A stretch of 64,000 nt of DNA from NCBI GenBank assembly GCA_037379345.1, contig CM074517.1, positions 27,218,001-27,282,000 on the forward strand. Direction: 5' to 3'. Positions 42,526 to 64,000 of the stretch are shown piece after piece. The notes under the pieces were generated by a model. The model searched no databases. It saw nothing but the letters and a program-made list of their open reading frames with translations, and had not been told where the DNA came from. The stretch's first letter is position 1, and every line of letters starts with the position of its first letter. Both the position numbers and the translations under genes were made by a program. The stretch comes from Perna viridis. Taxonomy: Eukaryota.

Positions 42526-43368
42526 CATACTATAGGTCTATTATCAATTTAGGTCTGAAAGTGTCATGTGAAACAATATAGACATCCACATACTTTAACT
42601 AGAGTTTTAAAGTTAAAATGCTATGGAATCTATTTTCTTGTCCTTAATTCCAAGACGGTTGGGACACCATTCCGATATCAATCAAAGGGCTGTTAGCACT
42701 GTCCAATTTTTTTTATTTTAGTAAAATCTGTAGCATGAACGATATTTTTCAATAATTACATGATGTAAAAAAAACTGTAATAGTTGTAGCATTTTCAATG
42801 TTGCATGTATTTAGAATTTGTGTTTCCCATATTGATTAAAACAGTTTTTTCAATGTAGGAACTGAACGTCAATTTTTAACTGATTTCTGAAGTATAAACT
42901 GTAATAAAAAATTAGGCCCCGGCATAACTTATGAGTTGTGATATGAAACTCCATACACAGATGCTGAAGGGATGTTGCTACAGATGAAAGGAAATTTGAC
43001 AATACGGAATGAAAAGTCATCGCGTTCGTCGTGTGGTTTGGTCAATAGTTTTCACCTAGAACTAAATTTTATTTGCAGAAATAATATAATATTATTGAGC
43101 TGAATAATTGCAAGAAACATATTTACTGGTTAGAAAAGAGGTAGTGAATTACATTTGGACTATATTTTTGTGTAGTTCAGAAATAGTATGGAAGTTGCAG
43201 TGATGGAGGGGCGACATAAGGTATTTATTTGATCCTGAAGGATCAAAACCCCACAAAAATTATTCAATTCCAATATGATGTGCATCAAAGCTCTTTACAC
43301 CACAGCCATGGTAAAACAGTAATAAACAATGACCAACATTTAGTGCAACACATAGGCTGTATCTATTA

Positions 43369-45620
43369 AACAAGACGCTCCCTGAAGCCTGAAACGCTCA
43401 CCTGGTTAAATTTGTGCCATTCAAGGACAATAACTCTTAACAAGATGTCCAACAGTTTTGACTCGCGAAGACATTGGTAGGACTTATTATAAAGATTATT
43501 TCATCAATTGAAAGTTCTTTTCTATCAATTATAGTCTTCAAAATGCTGGCTGAAAACTGCTAATAACGTCATTTTTCGACAACTTTGATCCAATGCAGAC
43601 TTATTTAGGCTACATTATAGCTTCATTTCAGCGATTGAATAGTTTCTATCTATCAGTTAGTTTTTTAAGATATTGGCTGAAAACTGTAAAAAAAAACTAG
43701 AGGCTCTAAGAGCCTTGATCGCTCACCTGTCAAAAAATAGTATCTTCAGCTTTCTGAAGCTAAACTCTCGACCTTACCGTACTATTGTCACAAGAATCAT
43801 TTAATCAATAGAGCGCATCTTAGTCATCCACCCAGTTTTCATATTATAAAATAAATCTTTTAGTCATGTTTACTCTTTAAGGGCAATAGATCTTTATGAA
43901 GAATTCGGCATAGGTCCGTCTCACCATGCTGATCAATTCCCCCCACCTCAAGAAAATTTTGCTAAACCCATTGGTTTTCGAGCAATTTTAACAAATCCTA
44001 AATTTTTAGTAGTGGTGGACATGTTTTAAACAGATAACAAATTGTTAAGGATATCCTAACAAACATTCATGCCGTGTTTAGTTACACAATCGATCCAGGA
44101 CCTGAAACTCGTTCATCTGTTTACGGATCTTTCTGAAAATTTCTGAGTATGTCCAACTCATCATGCTGAACAATTATACACCATGCCAGATTTTAGCTAA
44201 ACCCAACTGTTTTTTAGTTCTTTGCATAATTCTGCAATTTGACCCCCTTTGGTCTATTTTTAGCAACGGTGCCCATGTTTTTCGCCAGATCAATAATCCC
44301 CACACAGATTGTTAAAGATGTTCTACATAACATTCATGCGAAGTTTTGTTTCATTCCAACCAGAAGTTTCAGAGAAGATTTTCAGTTGGAAATATAAAAT
44401 TCAGAAAAAAAAAGTCCACTTTATGACTCGCAACTCATTCATTGGTCAACGAATCTTTCTGAAAATTGCCATTTGTCCATCTCATCATGCTGAATAATTT
44501 TACCCTCAGCCAGATTTCTGCTAAACCTAACTGTTTTTGAGATATTTGAAAAATTCTGCAACCTGACTGTAGTCTGTTTTAAGTACACTGTAACAGCTGC
44601 AATGTTTACTTTGTAATATCAAAAAAACCCACACAAGGATTGATATACATACCCTCAGGAACATTCAAGATAAGTTTGGTTATAATCTGTTGAATAGTTT
44701 CAGAGATATTTTCAAAGTAAATGAATACACAAAATACGTGGCACTATCAAGACTATCTCAAGTTTAAGAAAGTTTGTCGTCTTGATGTTTCATCCATACC
44801 AAGTACCTTTTATGTTTATTAGTCAATCATCATAACAAATGGTCCGTTTCCAACTATTTTCAACCAATAAATTTCCATGGCCATTTCCGCCATTTTTTAA
44901 AGAGAAGAACTTCACAACACAGAAACGTAAAATTTGACATTTATATAAATCGAAAGGGAACTAACTTCATTAGATATGAACAATTCGCCTCAGTTTCATA
45001 AAAGTTAATGAAAGTATTCTTGAGTTATTGTTCGAAAACTTGAAAATCCCCTTAAAATATGAAAATTCATTTACACGGAAACGAAAATCTGAAATTTATA
45101 AAAATCGAAAGGGAGCTTACGTCGATAGATGTAGACAATGCACCAAAGTTTCGTTTTCGCGTTACTGTCCGAAAACTTAAAAATCCCCCTTTTTTAAGTA
45201 AAAAAATCCATAACACGGAAACGAAAAATCTGAAATTTATAACAAAAAAATCGAAAGGGAGCTTATGTCAATAGATATGAACAATTCACCAGTTTCATAA
45301 AAGTAGTTTAAAGTGTTTTTGAATTATTGTCCTAAGTGTTGACGACATCGGACAACGGTATACCATAATACTTTCTGTCCCGTCTTAGAATGGGGTATAA
45401 AAATGTCATTTTTTTACCTTTCACGGGTAATACCCCGGAAACTCTAATAAGGAGTTTTCAGACAACTTCGATCCCTTGCAGACTTTTGTAGGCCTTATAA
45501 CCAGGATTATTTCAGCAATTGAAATAATTTGGCTATAACTAATGGTTTTGGAGGTGTACGAGAAAAACTGTCGGACCCTAATGTTCTAGTTTTAGTAACA
45601 ACGGCCATGTTTTTCCACAG
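43369..45620. mobile_element. Nested Helentron-type (HINE) cluster: a relative of the 57133 element interrupted by another HINE at ~43695-45403
   Basis: 43369-43690 aligns by eye with 57133-57325, and 45404-45620 with 57348-57560. The insert starts AACTAGAGGCTCTAAGAGCC...GCTCACCTG, has ~150-bp core repeats (44918, 45073, 45213) and ends CCCGTC..GGGGTATAAAAA. Confidence 0.7.
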
Positions 45621-45659
45621 ATAAGAATATTTAGAAACTAATCCTTTTAGAAACAAATT

Positions 45660-45800
45660 GAATCACAGTAACTCCATTTTATCATGGTTTTACCACAAAC
45701 TGGCAATTTATGTAGATATTTATCCCCTAACTGGTAAAACAATGCGACATACATGGGTAGTCTATGGTAATACTATGGTAAGATGGAGTTTCCGTAATTC
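45660..45800. mobile_element. Degenerate MITE-like inverted repeat
   Basis: Arms 45660-45695 and 45765-45800 match at 29/36 in reverse complement. Confidence 0.5.
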
Positions 45801-46346
45801 ACTTTCTTAATTCTTAAAAATTCCTCTTTAACTAGTATTTATTTTATGTGTACTTCCAAACAATTTTCAATGATTACAACTGTATTAAAAAGGCACATTC
45901 ACAATTGAGTACAATTCTGCCTAAAAACCAGGCTGGTGTGATTCATCATATCTTAAGATAATCAATGCAACTGTATACATTTGTTAGCCACTAAATTAAA
46001 AAAAAAAAAAAAAAAAAAACTCTTCCTATATTCATGTCTTGTCCTGAAATATTTTTTGACTGGCATAGTGTAAACATTCTGGTTGGAAATTTTCCTGTAC
46101 TTTCTCTGCAGTTGAACGTAACCAAAATGTTAAGTTTTAATATCTCCAGTGGATTACTTTCACTTTCATTAGCACTTATATATCCTAATACAGTTTATAT
46201 GGGCCTACAGAATTATTTTCAAAAAAAAATATTTGGGATTAAGAAATGCATGAATCACCCATTATACCCCCCTGCCTGATTTTAAGGCAAAGCTGTACTT
46301 AATACTCAAGTGAAATACATGAAGACTACATTACATAAAAGACAAT

Positions 46347-46352
46347 TTTATT
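46347..46352 (-). promoter_or_regulatory. Candidate polyadenylation signal of the HP1/CBX gene (~1.1 kb 3'UTR)
   Basis: AATAAA on the minus strand followed by a GT/T-rich tract. Other AATAAA candidates exist (e.g. 47272-47277), so the choice is uncertain. Confidence 0.3.
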
Positions 46353-47432
46353 AAAATTTATCATATTCAGTTTTAATACAAGTCTAACCACCTATTGCCA
46401 TTACATGCAAAGATGATTCCTGATTTCAAGGGAGATAAAAATCAGTAAACTTATAAAGTTTAGAGATTATAAAAACAACTGAGTTCACTGACCGATGACA
46501 ATGTAAGGATTGACAAAAATTTTTACTGTTCCAACATGTTTAAATAGAACACATTTGTAGATCTTTATTAACTATTTACTCTTTCTACAAATAAAATTGC
46601 ATTAAAGGTCATTTTGAAATCAAATTCTGAGCTTACAATTGCCCAACAGAATGAGATAACTAATATCACTTGTGAGAATACAAAACATCTGGCACTAACT
46701 TGGTTGCCATATCCACAAAAACCATTCTTCAAGCATACTTTACAATTTAAAAATATATGCTCAAGTGCTGTTTGCATGATTTCACCCTTAATTGCATACA
46801 ATTTTCCTTTTTTGAATTTTTGTCTCATGAAAATAGATCCTTCTTCACCCACACATCAAGGCTTTAGTGAATGTTTAAGCAAACTGTTCATTCTCAACAA
46901 CTGCTCCTCCATTTTGTTTAGCACACTTATTTTAAGACTTAAACTTAAAAGTCTTTAAAAAACAAAAAATCAAATAATAGTTACTTGGTCTATTATCAAA
47001 ACTACTTGAATATTTCTATCATAATAAAACAATGAAAAAATGGTGAAACCTTCTGTTTTAGAAATGGATTTGTATGAACATTCAAAATATGAATTGACAA
47101 TGACATGATTATGAAATAATTACAATGGCTAAATATGTACATGAATTGTAAAAAAAATAAGGACCAGACCACAACAGAGCTTAGCTGTGGTTGTATAACA
47201 CCTTTTAAACCCTCCCATTATATACTTTTGATGCATTTGTACTTATTTCATGCCAAACTATAATCAAGGATTTTATTCAGACCAATTTCTGGGGCACAAC
47301 CTCCTGATGTTTATGAACACCCTGATATTTTAAAAACAGCACTACAAAGGGTGCAGATTACGGATTGGTATTCTAAGACCATTTTTTCCAACATGCTACG
47401 ATACACAAAATGTTTGAATTTCCCCTGTAGTT

Positions 47433-59599
<12,167 letters not shown>

Positions 59600-59940
59600 T
59601 TTGTTCTGTGTTGTATCTAAGAATTCAAATACACAATTTATAAATAAGATCTTTTTATGACAGCACTGAGTAAGAATTAATTAATTTTTCAGATACTAAG
59701 CAGACAAAAAGTACAAACTTGTCAGACATGTCTGGCACAATGAAGCCAGGTCCAGCTTCTTGAAGATCAGAGAAAGACCAAAATTTGACAGAAATAAGAT
59801 TCATTTATATTGTGGTAATACACAGGACTTTCAAAGACAGAACAATTTATTTAACCAGATGAAGTCTTGCATTCTTAGTATGGTGGCAGAATGTGGCCAC
59901 TCAAAAAACATTGATGTTACTCCCTCAAGATATTACACAA

Positions 59941-61093
59941 GGCCAAAAAAAATATGTCTGTTTTGGGTTTCCCGACCCACTCTAATACATTTTTCCTCCA
60001 AAATTAACAAAATCGACAATTTCTGCCAATTTCCGGTATAATACGGATCATTTCCAGTAAACCAACAGTACGTTTAAAACCAGGTCACAATCATGTTTGA
60101 ATAGGAGACTGATTTATATCACGTAAATCCAAGCCATATTACTGATGATGAGCACAATGGAAGCAACAAGTATCGTGGCACTAAAATATAATAAATGCTG
60201 TCACCAAGAATGCAAATCTCCCATGTCAGCCCTTCCAAATAGACTGATTGTACTTACAGAGCTTTTTGAAGAAGTTGACAGAAAAACCATTTACATTAAC
60301 TGTTAAGTGCAAGACAGATTTCACTTCCAAAGACGATGGATTGTGCAGGTTCAATTACGACTTAAACAGATAATATTCAAGAGCCTTTTATCCGCCAGTC
60401 TTTGTACAGTGTCAGACTGATGGTTTTTAACAACTAAACATTAAAAGCCTTAAGGAGGTTTGAATTTCTGAAGTCCAAAACACAAAACCAGACAAAATTA
60501 TTAGACATAGAAGACACATAAAACAACACTATGAAGAAATACATATTACAATCAGCAACATGAACTTGCATTAGTTCTAGCGTGAACAGGATAGCGGTTT
60601 CTGCTTGTTGCCACTTATTTTAAGGTACCAGACATACACTTGTACATCTATAAAATACAGGTCTGACATTCTTCATACTCAAGGTTTAATAAAACAAATG
60701 AATGAAACACTTTGATAACACTTTATTCATATAAATATGCATTTTTTCACTTTGTCTTTCAAAAAATACATCAATGAACAGAGAAATTTGTAACTTTTGA
60801 AAATATATTTGCAGGTAACATTTTAAAATACAGTGTACTTATATTTTGTTCAAATTCCTACAAAAAAATAAGTATATTGTAATAAAAGACATCATTAATA
60901 GGTGTGTATGTTAAAAATTAAACTTTCTACTTAAAACCATGCACTTTAATGACTTAAAGATGATGCTATTTTACAAATATAGGCTCAACTTTAGTCAAGA
61001 AAAAATAAAATGAAAAAAAAAAAAAAAATGAAAATGGCTACCTACCCTATTTTTGGGAGGAATGTAACCCTAAACAGACATTTTTTTTCAGCC
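59941..61093. mobile_element. Non-autonomous DNA transposon with GGCCAAAAAAAA-type TIRs (Zator or PIF/Harbinger-like)
   Basis: Left end GGCCAAAAAAAATATGTCTGTTTTGGGTT matches the reverse complement of the right end, GGCTGAAAAAAAAATGTCTGTTTAGGGTT. Flanks CAA/TAA fit a decayed TWA TSD. Confidence 0.65.
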
Positions 61094-62222
61094 TAACTGT
61101 GAAACTTCTTTGTGCGAATGGCATATGCAAAACATGATTTTGCCAACCCAACATAAAAAGTAGAAATTGATGAAATCAGAAGTGAATGTATGATTAAAAG
61201 AAAAAAAATAATAGCAAAATCCACATTTGAATTAAGTGAAAGAAAATCATGTATGTTATCAACTTGAAGGAAGAACATAGTATCATGAGGGTACAACTTT
61301 CTATATTAAGGGATGAATTATTGCCTTGTGGGTAGACATTATCCTCGAGTCCAGTTAATTATCTATCAGTAAGGTCAAAAATATATTGTTGAAACTGATT
61401 AAAGTTAAAGTTAAATTAAATTAAGTTAAATTATACTTCCCCGTAGGACAATAACTTTTTATTCACTTTTCAACATTCATTTACTAAAGTACAACCTATA
61501 TTTCAATTTGGGCATGTAGTTTTTTCATCCACAAGCTAAATAGGACATGGTTCATTAAATGTTAACACATATTTTCTTCACCAATCATCAACTTCTATGG
61601 TTTAAACTGGTGTGACCTTAGACCTAGTAGTTATTAAATGTCAATCCTCCAGTATCAAAGACTTGAGCTATTGAAGCTACATGTATAAAACAGGAAAGTA
61701 GATGCATGAGCATTGTGCAATGAAACTTATTTTCACATTGCTTTCATACTTAATTCTCCTTCAACTTAAAGATGAATAACATCTGTATTTATAGTTACAC
61801 TCATTCTCTGATACCAAGAGGTTATACAAATACAAATACTTTATTGGCACAAACTCAATTACAGTGCATGGTTATGGCCTATTACAACAATAAATGTACA
61901 TTACAGTGAAACATGATAAATTGAAGCTGTAACATTATAATTGTTTAATATTTCTGTCATGTTCAATATTATTGGAGACTTATATATCTAATTTTAAAGC
62001 AACTGAGCATAAATATGGAGGACATTCTCAAAATATTTTGTGATTTACTATTTAAAAGAATATTGATTTTGGATCTATTCCTGTAATATGTAAAGCCAGG
62101 AACCAAAGTATAACAATTTTACTTTAGCGATTAATTTCTGTCTGACTTTTTCTTGTTCATGAGGACAACGAAGTAAGAAATGTTATTCATTTTCAACAGG
62201 ACTTAAATTGCATACCCTACTA

Positions 62223-62856
62223 TACTCGGCGTCACATAAATAACATACTGTTAAAATTTGAATAAAAATATTTTCTACGACTTTATTGACACCTACCGTC
62301 GTTTAAATTGTCTTAAATGACTTGCTCATTCGTTTAGCCAAACGGCTTCTCCCTAAACAAGTCGCTTATTAGCTTAAATCATGCGTAACAAATCATTACG
62401 GGAAAATCCCATACCAATATCCGCCATGTTGGTTTCTACAGGACGATTTGTTTACAAACGAAGTTCGTAAGTTCCCGTCGAACTCCGGTGACAATCGGCT
62501 GATTGATCAACTTCTCGGTATTGTACGTTGTTTGCGTAAAATAAATCCGAGATATCCGAAATAACGTCGAAATGCATTCTGGGTTCTTCGGTTTTTGGAC
62601 AAACCATTTAAACGTAAACAACATCTCCTAGCAACCCGATCACTGTAAACATGGCCGACTTTTTACAATGTAAATATTGGCACCGAGAATTAAAATCTGA
62701 CCGGAATTTAACGATTCAATGTTTAGGGAGAAGCCGTTTGGCTAAACGAATGAGCAAGTCATTTAAGACAATTTAAACGACGGTAGGTGTCAATAAAGTC
62801 GTAGAAAATATTTTTATTCAAATTTTAACAGTATGTTATTTATGTGACGCTGAGTA
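62223..62856. mobile_element. Young MITE / non-autonomous DNA transposon with 137-bp TIRs and TA TSD (Tc1/mariner-like), in HP1 intron 1
   Basis: 62221-62359 and 62720-62858 are reverse complements at 138/139 positions (including the flanking TA); 360-bp non-coding spacer. Confidence 0.9.
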
Positions 62857-63260
62857 TAAAATGTTCTGAAACAGGTTGTTATAAAGAGACAAATCTGGGA
62901 TCATTCCAGGCAAATTGACAAGTGTGGATGAATGTATTGCATGTAATATCTTGAAATACGTATTTATTGTATTTAAAGGCTCTCCCAATTCATTACATAA
63001 AACCTATTATTTTGGTTACAAATTTAGTCAGCGGAATGTAAAATATTCAATTCTGTGCAAGCACGTAAATGCACAAAAACATGTGACTGAAAGATGTAAG
63101 AAAATCATCAGAACAAAACGTTCAAGATGTGAATGGAATTTAAACAGTCGCCACCTAAAGAAGTTTGACACGAATTAGCGATACGCACACGATATCCGTG
63201 AATGAACTGTTGCACATAACACTAGAAGCATGAAAGTTGGACCAAAACAATACTATTTTA

Positions 63261-63510
63261 GGCGCCATTTTGCAGATATTTTGATTTCATTAAGAACGTG
63301 GGGATGATTACAAGTGTAACGTTGCAGTGTCTATAGTAATTTGTGGGTACTGAGTAAATATCGACAAATTTGCATTCGACTAAATTACTTAATATACACC
63401 TTACAATATACCTGAGTATGAAATTGACGAGAATATATGCGTCTATATTCACCCGGCTCAACTCACGATTGTGCGCATGCGTGACGATTGGTCACGATAA
63501 TTCACGCGGG
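63261..63510 (-). promoter_or_regulatory. Putative housekeeping-type promoter region of the HP1/CBX gene
   Basis: Locally CpG-rich. NRF1-like TGCGCATGCGT at 63472-63482, CCAAT box on the minus strand at 63487-63491, and YY1-like CAAAATGGCGCC (minus) at 63261-63272 downstream of the presumed start. Confidence 0.55.
63412..63465 (-). other. Putative non-coding 5'UTR exon 1 of the HP1/CBX gene
   Basis: Donor-like CAG|GTATAT at 63411 (alternative GTAAGG at 63404) immediately downstream of promoter motifs. Coding exon 1 begins with a splice acceptor, so an upstream exon is required. The 5' boundary is a guess. Confidence 0.45.
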
Positions 63511-63810
63511 AAGCTTTTGCTTATTTCATTTTTTAAAATAATTTAATAACCATGTCGGATTAAAAACGTAAGGTCTTGTATTCGTATTTTTCACTTAAAA
63601 TGTATGATAATTGTCTTGCAAACAGAAGAAGTTAAAAACAGGAATTGTAAAGTTGCGTTTAAAAAGCAATGGTTGTCACGTAATCTACCTGTAGACATGA
63701 GGAGCCCGGAAGGTAATACTTGATGTTGACGCAGATCTGCATTCAAAGGTTTTAATAGCACATCTATTAATACTATGCATTTGGATATGCATATCCATCG
63801 GATCAAAATA

Positions 63811-63982
63811 GCCTAGCTGGCCGAGCGGTCTAGGGCACTGGACTTCGTGCTTGAAAAATTTCCAACGATATTAGAACTGTCAAATTTGGATTCCATCCGC
63901 GGGACTCGAACTCGTACCGCTGTGACATCTATGGCACCGCCTGCACTAAGTCCGGCGTCCTAGACCACTCGGCCAGCTAGGC
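63811..63982 (-). repeat. tRNA(Leu)-derived SINE-like element with an inverted copy of its own 5' end (fold-back); may extend beyond the window
   Basis: Minus strand has A box TGGCCGAGTGG (63975-63965), B box GAGTTCGAGTCCC (63913-63901) and a T5 run (63858-63854). Arms 63811-63850 and 63943-63982 are 35/40 complementary. Confidence 0.75.
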
Positions 63983-64000
63983 CATATAAAAAATACAGCT

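Noticed and set aside
1-46000. Dozens of 60-125 aa ORFs in the supplied track
   Set aside because: No recognisable domains, and the low-complexity F/L/I/K composition is expected from AT-rich non-coding DNA. Many lie in repeats.
61300-61470. Possible Crypton-like repeat fragment
   Set aside because: Only a vague resemblance from memory; no boundaries or second copy in the window.
63895-63982. Functional tRNA-Leu gene
   Set aside because: A and B boxes are present, but the acceptor and anticodon stems do not pair properly; treated as a tRNA-derived repeat.

Overview
AT-rich eukaryotic genomic DNA, probably a bivalve mollusc (Mytilus-like; inferred only from recalled repeat families). One intact protein-coding gene can be fully reconstructed by hand. 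It is a minus-strand HP1/chromobox (CBX1/3/5-type) gene with coding exons 59599-59457, 58982-58811, 56091-55991 and 47583-47433 (567 nt, 188 aa, chromodomain plus chromoshadow domain, all GT-AG introns in matching phase). A probable non-coding first exon and a CpG-rich promoter lie near 63.4-63.5 kb. Its introns hold several transposon types: a decayed ~4.4 kb antisense LINE (ORF1 plus APE/RT/CCHC ORF2), a Helentron-type non-autonomous element, a Zator/PIF-like element, and a young 634-bp MITE with 137-bp TIRs. A tRNA-Leu-derived fold-back element sits just upstream. Positions 1-46 kb contain no confidently recognisable gene. They are a mosaic of MITEs (some nested), SINE-like repeats, an old tandem duplication, mini/microsatellites and a 180-N assembly gap. 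I see no convincing novel multi-gene system. The most unusual structures are the tRNA-derived hairpin, the long-TIR MITE in HP1 intron 1, an interleaved A-B-A'-B' inverted repeat and reconstructable nested insertions.
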